Shown: piece after piece, positions 39,697 to 54,797 of the stretch
Layout: each line of letters begins with the position of its first letter
How positions within the stretch are numbered: position 1 is the stretch's first letter
NCBI GenBank assembly: GCA_965215005.1
Contig: CBDCCZ010000011.1
Coordinates: 32,001 to 96,000 of the forward strand
Direction of reading: 5' to 3'
Length of the DNA: 64,000 bases
Source: Kofleriaceae bacterium
Lineage (GTDB): Bacteria > Myxococcota_A > Polyangia > Haliangiales > Haliangiaceae
The notes under the pieces: generated by a model
Told to the model about the DNA's origin: nothing
The model's input: only the letters and a program-made list of their open reading frames with translations
Databases searched by the model: none
Program-made: the position numbers and the translations under genes

Positions 39697-42600
39697 TCAG
39701 CGGCGGCTCAGCGCGGCGCGCAAGCGCTCGAGCAATGCCTCGCGCGCGTCATCGAGAAGGGTATAGAAGATCGGCACCACCAGCAGCGTGAGCAGCGTAG
39801 CCGTGAGCATGCCGCCGATCAGCGTGAGCCCGAAGCTTCGATAGCTGATGCCGATGCTAGTGGGCGAGCCGACGGTGAGTGGAATCATGCCGCAGATGGT
39901 CGAGCCGGCGGTCATCATGATCGGCCGGAAGCGCCGCCTTGCGGTTAGCAGCACCGCCTCCGTGCGGTCGTGCCCGAGCTGTCGCAGTCGGTTGGCGTAA
40001 TCCACGAATACGATGCCGTTATTGACCACGACACCGATCAACAAGATCACCCCAATGAAGCCGAGGAAATCGAGGTCGCGGCCAGCGAGGAAGTGCGCCC
40101 AAAGAACTCCGATGGTCGCCAGCGGAATGGTGAAGATGATCGATAGCGGCAGCACGAAGCTCTCGAACAGAAAGCCCATCAGCAAGTACACGAACAAGAT
40201 TGAAATCAGGGCGGCGAACTGGAGCGATTCGATGTCCTCGTTGAGCCGAGCCGTCGCCGTGCGCTCGCCAAGCCGCACCCCCTCGGGAAGCTGCACTCCT
40301 TGCACCAGCCGCTCGATGCGCTCGCGACTCGCCTGTTCTTGCCCTTGCTCGAGGTCGAACGTGATGCGCCGGGCGATGCGCTTGTCTTCTCGGAAGATGC
40401 CTTTGGCGGCCGCCAAGTAGCGGACGTCGGTGAGCGCGGACAGCTGAACCGCCGCGCCGTCTTCGCGCGGCACCGTGAACGTGCCGAGCTCGGTGAGGCT
40501 GCGGCGATCCTTTTCTTGAAAGCGGATACGCACTGGCACCACCTTGTCGTCCCAGTGCAACCGCGGCAGTGGCTGTCCGCGGAGTCCCACGGCGACCGCA
40601 CCGGCGATGAGCTGGGCACTCAGGCCTTGCCGGCTGGCGCGCTGGCGGTCGACGATGAGTGCGACCTCGTTGGGCGCGAGGTCGGAGGTGCGCTTGACCC
40701 CGAGCACCCCGTCGAGCTTGGTGGCGAGGTCTTCGATGCGCTCGGCGAGGTGGTCGAGCACCTCGGGATCTTCCCCGCTGAGCACGACGACGTGCTCGGA
40801 AAGCTTGTCCGACTGCTTACTTCGATCCTCGCGGCCCGAGAACAGCGACACCCCGGCGCGCTTGGGCAGCCGCTCCATCACTAGCTCGGTGACAGCGCGA
40901 CGGCTGAGATTATCGCGGCCAGGAAACCAGCCCTGAATTCGGCCGCCACTGGCGGTGTGGACGATGAAGTAGCCCTCGAGATCCAGCTCTTGACGAACCT
41001 GCGCAAGCACCACCTCGACGCTGTTAAAGTAGCCCTCGGCATCTTCGAGGCTCCAGTTCGACGGCAGCTCGACGCTCATCTCGAAGTTTTGCTGATCCTC
41101 CTCGGAGATGTCGACCACGTTCAAGGTACCGGCTGGCACCGCGATGGTGACGCCGAACAGGACGAGCAGGGCGATGGCTAGGTCGATGCGCCGGCGCAGA
41201 AAGAAGCCGAGCACCCGCTGATACGCGCGGTTGGCCGGCTGTACGGTCGCGCGATAGGCGCCGCCGAGCACGCGGTCCATGCCGGCGTGGACGCGGCGCA
41301 CCAGCGGCCGCTCGCGTCTGCCTTTGGGCGCGAGCGTCAAGTACACGCACAGCGGGATGAGCATCAGCGCCACCAGCAGCGATGCTGCCAAGGAGACGGT
41401 GAGTGGAATCGCCAGCCGCAGCAGGAAGAACTGCGCGCGGCCTTCGACGAGCGCCACTGGCAGAAACACGACGATGGTGGTGAGAGTCGCCAGAGTAATC
41501 GCCAGCGCGATCTCCGAGGTGCCGCGGATGCACGCTTGCCGCGGCGTAGCCCCCTCGCGGTGCAGCCGCACGATGTTCTCGGCCACGACCACGGAGTTGT
41601 CGACCAGCAGGCCGACGCTGATGATGAGCCCCAGCAGCGAGAGGATGTTGAGCGTCTCGCCGCCGAAGTACATCACGGTGAGGGCGAGCACCATGCTCAG
41701 TGGGATCGACAGGGTGACGACTAGCGTCATGCGCAGGCGGCGCAAGAAGAACAGCAGCACCGCGGCGGCGAGGATGGCGCCTAACTTGCCGCTATCGAGA
41801 AGGGTATCGATCGACTCTTCGATCACCTGGTGCTGCGCCAGTAAGATCGCTACATCTGAGCCTTGCAGCTTTGGATTGGCGATAATCTCGGCGAAGGTCT
41901 TCTCTAGGCGCTCTCCAACCTCAATGGTGTTGGCTTGCCCTTCTTTGTAGACCTCCACCGCTAGCGCCGGCTTCGAGTTGACGCGCACCCGCCAAAGCTG
42001 TTCGGGCTCGGCGTAGCGAACGGTGGCGATGTCGGCGATGCGGATGTTCGGCGCGACGTACTGGCGGCGAACGTCTTCGAGATCGTCGTAGCGCGACAGC
42101 GAGCGTAGTAGCAGCTTCTGCTCGCCGAGCCGCACCGAGCCGCTCGCGAGCGAGAAATTGTCGCCTTGCAGCTCTTGGGCGATCAGAAAGATGTTGAGCC
42201 CTGCGGCCTCCGTGCGCTCGCGGTCGAGCTCGATCAGCACTTCTTTTTCTTGCAGACCCTGCGACTGCACCGAGGCGACTCCATCGACGCGCGCAAGCGG
42301 GCGGATGATCTCGCGTTGCACGAGATTGTAGGAGTCGGTGACCAATGGATCGATCGCCACGCCAATGAGCAGGATCGGCAGGCTATCGGCGTCTTCTTTG
42401 AAGATCTGTACCGGCTGAATGTCATCGGGCATTCGCGCTTTGGCGCGCAGGATGCGGTCACGGAGCTCGCGGTAGGCAACGTCCATGTCGGTGCCCTGCT
42501 TAAACGACAGGAACACCCGCACCCGCCCAGTGCTCGACTCGGAGTTGATGGTATCCAGGCCGCGGACGGTGGCCAGCTCTTCCTCGAGTGGGATTGCGAG

Positions 42601-42800
42601 CTTATCGAGAACCTCGCGTGCTGGTGAGTCGCGCCAGTTCACCGCGACGGTGAGGTTTGGCGACTCGAATCCGCGCGGGATGAGCTCGAGTGGAATGCCG
42701 AGGGTTGCGACGGTTCCCACCACCAAGGCGGTGAGCATGAGAACGAGCACGGTCACGCGCCGCTCGAGCGAGAAGCGCGGCAGCGCGTCCTCCCAGCGGG

Positions 42801-42804
<4 letters not shown>
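39697..42804 (-). CDS. RND efflux permease (AcrB/MdtBC-like), subunit 2
   Basis: 1035 aa; GLLVDNSVVVAE, GVVVNNGIV, RFRPIMMT. Confidence 0.95.
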
Positions 42805-46207
<3,403 letters not shown>

Positions 46208-46211
<4 letters not shown>

Positions 46212-47380
46212 TCGGCGGGCTCGACTGCCTCGCTAGGCTTGGCGGCGGTCGGTTTGGCGGGCTTGGCAGTTGGTTTGGCGGGCTTGGCTGGTGCGGCTTT
46301 GGGACTGGGCTCGGGCGCCTTTTGCGCCGCCGGCGCCTCCGTGACTTTCACCTTGGCGCCGTCTTTGAGACCGACTTGGCCGGCGACCACCACGCGATCG
46401 CCAACGGCGAAGCCAGACTTTGGCTCGACGTGCAGTCGGTCGGATACCGCGGGCTCGATGGCAACTCGCTCGACGGTTCCCGAAGCCAACACTTTGAAGG
46501 CGTAGGGCTGATCGTTGTCGTAGACCAGCGCGCGCCGCGGCAGAAGCGTGGCGCGGGGCCGTTCATCGACGACGAGCTCGACGTCTACGAACATACCGGG
46601 GCGCAGGCCGCTCGCGGTGGGCACCTCGACGGTGACCTTTACCGTGCCGGTGCGCGAATCGACGACGGGCGCGATTCGCGCGACTCGGCCGTTGCTGAGC
46701 GGCTCGGTGGTACTTGGCGCGCGCAGCCTGACGTCGCTGCCGAGCGCGACCTTGCCGATGTCCTTTTCGGGAACGAACACGTTGGCGACGAGCGAGTCGA
46801 AGTCGGTGAGCTCGAGCAGCGGCTGATTGGGAGTGACGAAGTCGCCGCGCTTGACCATCCGCTGCGTCACCGTGCCGGCGATGGGTGAGCGGATGGTGGT
46901 GTAACTGAGGGCGCGAGCGGCATCGTCACGGGCGATGTTGAGGCGCTTCTGATCAAATTCGGCGCTCTCGAGCGATTGCTCGCTGACCACGCCTTTGGTG
47001 TGTAGCGTCTGTTGCGTGGCGAGAGTGCGGTCGGCGAGCTCGAGTTCGCTCTGAGCGCGACGCAGAGCACTGCGTTGTTCGCGGTCTTCGAGCCGCAGCA
47101 GCACCGCGCCGGCAGCGACCTCATCGCCTTCTTCAAACAGCCGGCGCTCGACCTGACCGGTGGTGCGCGCAAGAACCTGCACCGCGATCTCGGCGGCCAG
47201 CGTGGTCGAGAACTGCAGCGTCTCCTCGATAGGCCCTTCTTTAATGGTGACGACCTCGACCGGCACCGGCGCGCTGACGCCCGCGTCGTCGGGAGGCGCT
47301 TCCTTGGCGGGAGAGCCGCCGCGGCAGCCAGACGCTGCGTAGGCAATGAGAAGAAGATACGGCAAATGGCGGTGCAGCAT
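46208..47380 (-). CDS. RND periplasmic adaptor (MFP), lipoprotein
   Basis: Lipobox ASGC; EGDEV..G, IRSPIAGTV, LRPGMF; AKP-rich tail. Confidence 0.95.
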
Positions 47381-47590
47381 GATGAGACGCGTCGCGGCGA
47401 GCAAGCGTGCCGCGACGACGGGTAGTGTGCCAGAGCCGAAGGCACAGGTCAGCGCACTGGCCGAAGTTTGCCAAGTGGCTATCGTGGAGGGCGTTTGACT
47501 GCTCGATCGCGCCTGAGAGGGCCTGCGGTGGCCGCGAGCTCGCTCCTGAGCCTCTGGCGGCGCCTCCGAAGAGGATGGCGACGCCTGGCG

Positions 47591-48184
47591 CTACCTGCCG
47601 CCGCTCTCGCCGCTCCTACGATGGCCGGTTGAGCTTTTCTTGGCCGCAACCGCGCCACGGCTCGCTGAGCGGGCGGGCTTACGTGAGCGGTTCGGCGGCT
47701 CGTTAGGGACGACCGGGTCCTCGGCGGCGCGTGCAAGGATGCTCGTTTCGATCCGCGGCGGCTGTTTGCCACGAGACGCTTCCATCGCCGCCATGCTATC
47801 GAATCGAACACCGAGCTTTCCCATCGCCAGCGTCGCAATCGCGAGCCACACGGTGCGTTGGACTTCGACGGCGCCACGCTCTTGTCGCGAAAGTGTGTCT
47901 TTGCTCATGTCGATAAGCTCTCCGGCCTGGATGAGCGTGAGCCCGATGCCCGTCTTGCGCAGCCAGCGCATCGCCTCACCGGTCATGACGCCATGGCGCG
48001 CGAGCTCTATGCACACCGCCTTCTCGATGGGCCCCATCTCATCGTAGCTGAGGAAGCTTGCGCCGCATTCAGTGCAGGTCTCAGCCTCTCGCTCGACGGC
48101 GACGGTGACACCATCGAAGTGGTACTCAGAGACGCCCGACAAGCGCTCTAAGCGCTCGCTCTTGCAGTGGGGGCACTTAGTCAT
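47591..48184 (-). CDS. MqsA/YgiT-type Zn-finger plus HTH antitoxin
   Basis: CPHC...CTECG zinc ribbon; GEAMRWLRK..GLT....GELIDMSKDTLSRQERG HTH. Confidence 0.85.
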   Translation of the reverse strand: MTKCPHCKSERLERLSGVSEYHFDGVTVAVEREAETCTECGASFLSYDEMGPIEKAVCIELARHGVMTGEAMRWLRKTGIGLTLIQAGELIDMSKDTLSRQERGAVEVQRTVWLAIATLAMGKLGVRFDSMAAMEASRGKQPPRIETSILARAAEDPVVPNEPPNRSRKPARSASRGAVAAKKSSTGHRRSGESGGR

Positions 48185-48381
48185 GGGAGGGGGCGCTGAT
48201 TGCTCTGCTGATACCGAATGCGATTACACGTGAGTAGCGCGTGGCGAATGTCCTCCCGGCTGGCGTTGCGATAGCCGGGCCCGGCGCCTTGCTGCCCGCG
48301 ATCCAGTGCGTGGTGCTCGATCCTGAGGAAGCCCTTGTCGACTAATTCTTTGATGCGCGCGAGGGCTCCCGTCTCGTCCAT
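48181..48381 (-). CDS. DUF4258-like toxin, apparently C-terminally truncated (66 aa)
   Basis: RIEHHALDR...SREDIRHAL motif; stop overlaps the antitoxin ATG (ATGA). Confidence 0.6.
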   Translation of the reverse strand: MDETGALARIKELVDKGFLRIEHHALDRGQQGAGPGYRNASREDIRHALLTCNRIRYQQSNQRPLP

Positions 48382-48521
48382 TTCGACTTTTAGTCTAATG
48401 TTCAGCGAGGGCAGGCGCCAGACAAAAGTAGACGAAAACGCGACCGCGCGGCACATGGGCGGAGTAGCAAAGGAGGGCGCTGAAACGCGTCAACAGAGGG
48501 GATAGGGGGCTCGGCACGGGG

Positions 48522-49715
48522 CTACGGCTTCGGGTCGTCGTCGGGGGAGCGCTTGATGGCGCGGCGGACGGTGCCGTCACCGAAGCGGGCGGCGATGGCA
48601 TCGATCGTGTCGCCGAGGCGCTCGCCGCGGGCGCGCTGGGGCTCATAGAGGGTGAGCTGCCGCGGGGCGTCACGCGCTTCCAGCCCGGCGGCGGCCACGC
48701 CGCACAGGCGCACCCGCCGGGCCTTGCCATGAGCGCTATCGATAGGGACGTCGCCAAGAAGCGCCACGGCGGTGCGTCCGATGACGGTGCCGTCGCTGGT
48801 GGCATCGTCGAGAGTGCGGCGGCGGCTGAGCGAGCGGAAGTCGGCGTATTTGATTTTCAGCGTGACGGTCCTGGCGCGCAGGCAGCGCTGGCGCAGACGT
48901 GCTGCAACGCGGTCGGCTTGCCCAAGAAGCAGCTCAACGAGATCCTCGGCGCGTTCGAGGTCGACGTCGAAGGTTTGCTCGTGGCCGATGGATACCGGCG
49001 CCCGCTCGCTCACGACCTCCCGAGGATCGTCGCCGCGCGCCAGCGCCGCCAAGTGCGCGCCGGCGCCGGCTCCGAGCGCTCGCTTCAGCAGTGCCTCGGG
49101 ATAGCGCGCGACTTGGCCGATGGTACCCAGTCCCAATGCCGCGAGTCGCTCCTGCGTCACCGCGCCCACGCCCCAGAGTCGGCTGACCGGTAGTGGCTCG
49201 AGGAACGCGCGCTCGCCGCCCGGCTCGATGACGCGCAGGCCATCTGGCTTGTCGATATCGGAGGCTATCTTGGCGAGAAACTTGTTTGGCGCCACTCCCA
49301 CCGAAGCGATCAGGCCAAGCTCGTCGGCGACGCGGCGCTTGATGCGACGGGCGATGGTGGAACCGTCACCCAGCAGGCGGCGCTGACCGGTTACGTCGAG
49401 AAACCCCTCGTCGAGGGAGAGCGGCTCCACTTGCGGCGAAAATGCATCGAGGATCGCGAACAGCTGCCGCGATGCTGCGGCGTAGCGCGGCATGGCAATG
49501 GCGACCACGACGGCGTGCGGGCAGCGTCGCAGCGCCTCGGCCATCGGCATCGCCGAACGCACGCCATACGGCCGCGCTTCATAGGAAGCGGCGCAAACCA
49601 CCCCGCGAGTAGCCGAGCCACCGACGATGACCGGGCGTCCGCGAAGCTCGGGGTGGTCGCGCTGCTCGACTGCGGCGTAGAACGCATCGAGATCGACGTG
49701 CAAGATCGTCGACAT
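48522..49715 (-). CDS. dinB: DNA polymerase IV
   Basis: [41 protein letters not shown]. Confidence 0.97.
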   Translation of the reverse strand: MSTILHVDLDAFYAAVEQRDHPELRGRPVIVGGSATRGVVCAASYEARPYGVRSAMPMAEALRRCPHAVVVAIAMPRYAAASRQLFAILDAFSPQVEPLSLDEGFLDVTGQRRLLGDGSTIARRIKRRVADELGLIASVGVAPNKFLAKIASDIDKPDGLRVIEPGGERAFLEPLPVSRLWGVGAVTQERLAALGLGTIGQVARYPEALLKRALGAGAGAHLAALARGDDPREVVSERAPVSIGHEQTFDVDLERAEDLVELLLGQADRVAARLRQRCLRARTVTLKIKYADFRSLSRRRTLDDATSDGTVIGRTAVALLGDVPIDSAHGKARRVRLCGVAAAGLEARDAPRQLTLYEPQRARGERLGDTIDAIAARFGDGTVRRAIKRSPDDDPKP

Positions 49716-49728
49716 CGAACGCCACTGG

Positions 49729-50160
49729 CTAGAACGGCTTCACCACCGCCAGCACCACGATGGCGAGGAAGATCAGATTGACGCCGTGTACCAGCACCGG
49801 CGAAGGCGCGGCCATCTTGCCCTCGCGAAACTTGCGTACTTTGATGCGTGCGACCACGTGTATGGGCAATAGCAGCAGCACCACGAGCGTGACCTTCGCG
49901 TGTAGCCAGCCGCCGCCGGCGACAAACCAGTTCGGCGTGATGCCAAAGGCCTGAATCAGGCCGGTGATAATAGCGAGCGTCGCGCCGGCGTCGGCGACGA
50001 TGGCGGTGAGCTTCTCGAGCGACTGGAAGGCAGGCTGGGCGCTCGGTTGGGCGCGGGCGTGCGCGGCCAAGAGGTTGAGTGTGCCGAGGACGCCGGCGGT
50101 CCACAACAAGAAGCCAAACACGTGGAGGGCCTGGGTCCAAAGATAGGTGGTGGGGCTCAT
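49729..50160 (-). CDS. hemJ: HemJ/CopD-family membrane protein (protoporphyrinogen oxidase HemJ-like)
   Basis: [25 protein letters not shown]-terminal LAVVKPF; the true start MSPTTY lies inside the longer ORF. Confidence 0.78.
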   Translation of the reverse strand: MSPTTYLWTQALHVFGFLLWTAGVLGTLNLLAAHARAQPSAQPAFQSLEKLTAIVADAGATLAIITGLIQAFGITPNWFVAGGGWLHAKVTLVVLLLLPIHVVARIKVRKFREGKMAAPSPVLVHGVNLIFLAIVVLAVVKPF

Positions 50161-50301
50161 CGCCACCGACCGTACCCGATGCATTGCGCGAAAGGTGCGG
50201 CCTCTAGGCAGGTTTTGCGGCGACGACCGAGCATGGCGCGCCGCCGTCGCCTCGCCGCCCTTGGGGGTTGCCCGGCGGAGCCGATCGAATAAGGTAGCCA
50301 G

Positions 50302-51276
50302 GTGGCATCTCCACCCACCCGCCTCAAGATCTTCTTTCACGACCACTGCTTCGACGGCACCGCGTCTGCGGCTCTGTTCGCCGATTTTTATCGCCAAATC
50401 AAAGACTCGAGCTGCGTAGTCGAGTATCAGGGAATGCGACACTCCACCGGCGATCCCTTCGCGACGATGGCCATCGACGGCGACGTCAACTGCTGCGTCG
50501 ACTTTCGCTACTGCGACCACCCGGCGATGCACTGGTGGTTCGATCACCACGTCAGTGCGTTTCAGCCGCCATCGCTGCGCGCCCACTTCGAGTCCGACAG
50601 CAGCGGCACCAAGTACTTCGATCCAACGGCGCGCTCGTGCACCAAAATGATCTGCGAGGTCCTCAGCGGCGAGTGGGGCTATCGGGTGCCGCAGCGGCTC
50701 GAGTCGCTGGTGTCGTGGGCCGACATGATCGATAGCGCGCGCTATGAGTCGCCGGCGGAAGCGGTGGAGCTGGCGGCGCCGGCCATGCAGTTGGCGGCGT
50801 GGCTCGATCACAATCAAGATCCCGCGCTCACGGATCGCTACATTCGCGCGTTGCCGGACTTCGAGCTGCCGGAGCTGGTGCAGGCGCCGTGGATTCGTGC
50901 CGGACTCGAGCCGCTGTTGCAGGAGCATCAACGGGCCATCGAGTTGTTTCGCCATCAGGCGAGTCTCGAGCACGGCACCGTCTTCGCCGACTTGACCGAG
51001 CACGGCGTGAGCGGGCTGTCGGGCTTTATCGGCTATTTCGTGTATCCAGAGGCGCAATACGTGGTGACGGTGACCGCGCGACCGGATGCGGTAAAGGTGT
51101 CCGCAGGCTCCAATCCATGGACCGAGCAGCCGCGGCTACACGACTTGGCGGCGCTGTGCGAGCGCTACGGCGGCGGCGGTCATTCGGTGGTCGGCGGCGT
51201 GACGCTGCCGGCGGGCGAGATCGAGAAGGGGCGAGCGATTGGTGCGGCCATCGCTTCGGCTCTGCGCGAGCGGTAG
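50302..51276 (+). CDS. DHH/DHHA1 family phosphoesterase
   Basis: FHDHCFDG, VDF, FDHH, GGGGH. Confidence 0.9.
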   Translation: MASPPTRLKIFFHDHCFDGTASAALFADFYRQIKDSSCVVEYQGMRHSTGDPFATMAIDGDVNCCVDFRYCDHPAMHWWFDHHVSAFQPPSLRAHFESDSSGTKYFDPTARSCTKMICEVLSGEWGYRVPQRLESLVSWADMIDSARYESPAEAVELAAPAMQLAAWLDHNQDPALTDRYIRALPDFELPELVQAPWIRAGLEPLLQEHQRAIELFRHQASLEHGTVFADLTEHGVSGLSGFIGYFVYPEAQYVVTVTARPDAVKVSAGSNPWTEQPRLHDLAALCERYGGGGHSVVGGVTLPAGEIEKGRAIGAAIASALRER

Positions 51277-51278
51277 CG

Positions 51279-52613
51279 CTACGGCGACTCGGCCAAGAGC
51301 TCTTGCAGCTGGCGCTCGATGACCTCGAGCTGACCGGGCGCAACGCCATCATGGCGGTAGCGAATTCGGCCGCGGCGATCGATGAGAATTTCTGTGGGCA
51401 GCTGCGTGATGGTGAGCGGCTCGCCCGCGAGCTGCTGCTCGAGATCGAGGCCGATCGCAAAGCTGAGGCCGAGCCGAGACACGAACTCTTCGACAAGCTC
51501 GCGGCTCTCATCTTGCGAGATGGCAACAATCAGCAGGCCGTCGGCGGCGTGCGCGCGATGCAGCCGCTCGAGCTCGGGCATGATCTCTCGACACGGCGCG
51601 CACCAGGTAGCCCACACGTCAATGAGAACGACCTTCCCGCGGGTGCTCGCGGGCGAGAAGCTGGTGCCGTCGAGCAGTGGGATGTCGATGGCGGGCATCC
51701 GCTCACCCACGGCTTCGGCGTCCGCTGAGGTGGGTGGCGTCGGAGGCGGCGCGCTGCCGTCCTGGCGATTGATCGACCAGTCGTAGTCGCGAAAGCGAAC
51801 CTCGTAGCCCGCCAGCTGCGCGCCCCGCAGCTGCAGCTCGAGGTCGCCGCGCGCATACAGGAGCAGAAAGTCGTAGAGGGTGGCGGTGGGGCGCTTGGTG
51901 CGTGCGCGGGCGAGCGCGATGAAGTCGTCGCGATACCACTTGAAGAGCTTGGAGACGCGAACTGCCTTGGCATCATCGACAACGGTGAGATTGGCGGGGT
52001 CGTTGATGAACGTGAGGGCGGCGCGTTCGAGCTCTTGATCGATGGTTGCGGGATCGAAGGAGGACTTGCGCAGGATCGGACAGGACGAGGAGCCGCAGTT
52101 GATCGCGAAGTGAATGCGCGCATCGTCGAAGCGGCGGCGCAGCACCTCGTGCTCGATGTCATCGAGGCTCATCTCTTTGCCGCCCACCAAGACGCGGAGA
52201 TCGGCGAAAAAGCCGCGTCCCGGCGCTACATAGGAGGTGGCGCCGCCGCGCACCTTGCGCACCGACTCGATCGGCCAGCGCCGCAGGACCTCGCGCAAGA
52301 CGATGGCGTTGTAGAGATTGACCCAGTAGCTGAGGCGCTGGGCGCCGGAGTCGAACAGCGCGGGAGCAGAGTCGGGACTGGCGCTGGTGAGCTGGCCGAG
52401 AAACCGGTCGAAGGCAGCGATATCGGCTTCGCTCGTTTTCCAGCGGTCATAGTCGACGAGGCCGTTGTCACCTACGTAGGTGGCGAGCAGCCGGTCGTAG
52501 GTGGCAGTGTCGGCGCGCGTGGGCGCTGGCGGAGCGGGATAGCGCTGCACCGAGGCGCCACACGCAAACAGCATCGACAGGGCCAGGGCAGCGATCAGAC
52601 GGCAGCTCGACAT
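51279..52613 (-). CDS. DUF547 domain fused to a TlpA-like thioredoxin, lipoprotein
   Basis: Lipobox LFAC; WVNLYNA, RIHFAINCGSSSCP, SKLFKWY, YDWSIN; then WATWCAPC and LPT. Confidence 0.88.
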   Translation of the reverse strand: MSSCRLIAALALSMLFACGASVQRYPAPPAPTRADTATYDRLLATYVGDNGLVDYDRWKTSEADIAAFDRFLGQLTSASPDSAPALFDSGAQRLSYWVNLYNAIVLREVLRRWPIESVRKVRGGATSYVAPGRGFFADLRVLVGGKEMSLDDIEHEVLRRRFDDARIHFAINCGSSSCPILRKSSFDPATIDQELERAALTFINDPANLTVVDDAKAVRVSKLFKWYRDDFIALARARTKRPTATLYDFLLLYARGDLELQLRGAQLAGYEVRFRDYDWSINRQDGSAPPPTPPTSADAEAVGERMPAIDIPLLDGTSFSPASTRGKVVLIDVWATWCAPCREIMPELERLHRAHAADGLLIVAISQDESRELVEEFVSRLGLSFAIGLDLEQQLAGEPLTITQLPTEILIDRRGRIRYRHDGVAPGQLEVIERQLQELLAESP

Positions 52614-52889
52614 CAGCGCGCAACTGTAACCGATGGCTCTTGTAGCGGCACGAGACGCGGGCGGAGGTTGAGCGTCGACTTCCGCTACGTTGCGCGCGGG
52701 TGAAACACGCGGCGTCGATGTAGCGAAGTTGACGGTGCTGCAGGTATGGCTGCGAATGCGCTGAACAGAGGGCAACGAGCAGCTGCTGGCCCGAGTGAGC
52801 TATGCGAGACTAGAGCGCGGGAACCGTGAATTCTGGCCAACGTCTTTGCAGAGCCTCGCCAGGTTCTAGAGACATGGCACCGAGGACTC

Positions 52890-53417
52890 TTGCTCCAACG
52901 TCACCACCTAGGTCAACGCGGCCTCACCTTGATCGAGCTGATGGTCGTGCTCGTCATCATCGGCATCTTGGCCGCGTTGGCGACGATGGCGATCTCAACC
53001 GGTGGATACGCGGCGACGACGCGAGGCTTCGCCGAACAAGTTGCCGCGCAAGTGGAAGCCGCGCGGATGCGCGCGAGCTCGACGCGTCGCTGGCAGCGCC
53101 TCGCGGTCAGCAGTAATGCAGTGGCGCATTGGGAGGCCAGCAATGAGGGGCTAGCGACGCCGAGCGACTGGCAGCTGATCGAAGAGGTGCCAGCGCCCAG
53201 CGGTGTGCGCGTCGCGGCGCTCGATAATCGCACCCATCTAACGCCCGGCGATGGGGTGCCGACCATCGGCGCAGGGCTCGATGGGACGGTAGAGTTTGCG
53301 CCCGACGGCGCTGCCGAGGCGGCCACACTGTTCATTGGGGATGACGATGGCAGCCGGCGGTCACGAGTAGCCATCTATCGCGCAACCGGAACGGTGTATG
53401 TCTTCGAAGGCTGGTAG
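52890..53417 (+). CDS. FimT/FimU-like type IV minor pilin
   Basis: QRG|LTLIELMVVLVII class III signal; F.PDG; start uncertain. Confidence 0.85.
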   Translation: MLQRHHLGQRGLTLIELMVVLVIIGILAALATMAISTGGYAATTRGFAEQVAAQVEAARMRASSTRRWQRLAVSSNAVAHWEASNEGLATPSDWQLIEEVPAPSGVRVAALDNRTHLTPGDGVPTIGAGLDGTVEFAPDGAAEAATLFIGDDDGSRRSRVAIYRATGTVYVFEGW

Positions 53418-53427
53418 GGCGAAGCGA

Positions 53428-53808
53428 ATGCGTCATGGCACGGCTGAGCGCGGCTTCACGATGCTCGAGCTGATGATTGCCCTCACGGTGCTGCTGATCG
53501 GCATCGCCGGCATCGTTGGCATGCAGATGAGCGCGATGCGCGCCAGCGCGTATTCGCGTCACGCGACCGAAGCTTCGGTGCTGGCGGAGGACAAAATGGA
53601 AGAGCTGCGAACGGTGCCGCTAGGGGCCATCGTCGCTGCTAGCGATACGGTCGATGCGCGGGGCAATGCCGCTCCGGGTCCGTTCACACGCGCGTGGGCG
53701 TTGACGTGGAACGGAGCCGCCACCGCGAACCTCACGGTCACCGTGAGCTGGCTCGAACGCGGCAGCGACAGTCACTCCGTCGCTTTCACCACCGTGAGAA
53801 CGCCATGA
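53428..53808 (+). CDS. PilV-like minor pilin
   Basis: ERG|FTMLELMIAL; AEDKMEEL; VTVSW. Confidence 0.88.
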   Translation: MRHGTAERGFTMLELMIALTVLLIGIAGIVGMQMSAMRASAYSRHATEASVLAEDKMEELRTVPLGAIVAASDTVDARGNAAPGPFTRAWALTWNGAATANLTVTVSWLERGSDSHSVAFTTVRTP

Positions 53809-54797
53809 ACGATCGCGCCCCTGCCGCCGCCGGCCTCACGCTGATCGAGCTGATGGTCTCGCTGGTCATCGTATCGATTTGCGTGGCGGCGACCCTCACG
53901 TTCGGCGCGCACCTGGCCGAATCGTTTCGCGAGCAGCGGCGCGCGGTGCAAGTGCAACGCGCGGCTCGAGTGTCGCTCGACATTCTCAGCGACGCGATTC
54001 GCAATGCCAGCGCTGGAGTGCCGAGCGGCAATATCATCGACTTGATCGGCTGCACTACGGGCGGCAGCGTTCGCGTCGTCAATGATGATGCGGGGCCCGA
54101 TACTCTCGAGGTCATCTACGCCTCCGGAGGGGTGGTTACGTCGATTCGCGAAGCCTTTACCACCTCGAGCACCACCGTGACGGTGGTGGATGCATCTGAG
54201 CTCAGGGCCGGCGACTACGCCATCGTCACCGACTCCGACGTCGGCGCGCTGGTCGAGGTTTTGGCCGTGACGCCGAGCGGCTCCGAGTACACCTTGACGA
54301 TCACCGACCCATCGGCCTGCGCGAGCGCCTCGTTTCCCGCTACCGGCTTTCCGCCCGGTTCGCTGCTCCTGCGGGCTCGCGCGGCGCGTTTCAGCATCCT
54401 CGACGATGCCAGCGTCGGCGATATCCCCACCCTGATGATCGACCCCGATGGGCCAGGGCCATTGACGGCCGAGCCAATGGCCGAAGGCATCGAGGACCTG
54501 CAAGTGGCGGTCGGCGTCGACAGCAACGGCGACGGCACGCTCACCGACACCAGCTCTACCGCGGACGAGTGGCACTACAACATCGTGGGTGATGCGGTCG
54601 CGCCGCTCATCACCGCCGAGCCGTGGCGAGCGCTGCGCATCACGTTGGTCGCGCGGTCGGCGCGCGAAGGCTCGGATGCGGATATCTCCACGCGCCCGGC
54701 GGCAGAAGACCGCAGTGCAGCCGTGGCCGCGGATCCGTTTCGTCGGCGGCTGCTGTCGACGACGGTCGAAATTCGCAACTTGAGGGGGTCGCCGTGA
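53805..54797 (+). CDS. PilW-like minor pilin
   Basis: AG|LTLIELMVSL; AEGIEDLQV; VEIRN; ATGA overlap. Confidence 0.88.
   Translation: MNDRAPAAAGLTLIELMVSLVIVSICVAATLTFGAHLAESFREQRRAVQVQRAARVSLDILSDAIRNASAGVPSGNIIDLIGCTTGGSVRVVNDDAGPDTLEVIYASGGVVTSIREAFTTSSTTVTVVDASELRAGDYAIVTDSDVGALVEVLAVTPSGSEYTLTITDPSACASASFPATGFPPGSLLLRARAARFSILDDASVGDIPTLMIDPDGPGPLTAEPMAEGIEDLQVAVGVDSNGDGTLTDTSSTADEWHYNIVGDAVAPLITAEPWRALRITLVARSAREGSDADISTRPAAEDRSAAVAADPFRRRLLSTTVEIRNLRGSP

Noticed and set aside
47591..49715. dinB plus TA as a prophage or mutagenesis cassette
   Set aside because: No integrase, phage genes, imuAB/dnaE2 or recognisable att sites; dinB follows hemJ like a core gene
49729..51057. 442-aa extended HemJ
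   Set aside because: The extension is antisense to the DHH gene; HemJ motifs begin at 50160
52834..52850. TGGCCAACGTCTTTGCA as a sigma54 promoter of the pilin cluster
   Set aside because: GG-GC spacing is 11, not the required 10; only viable if there is an indel error
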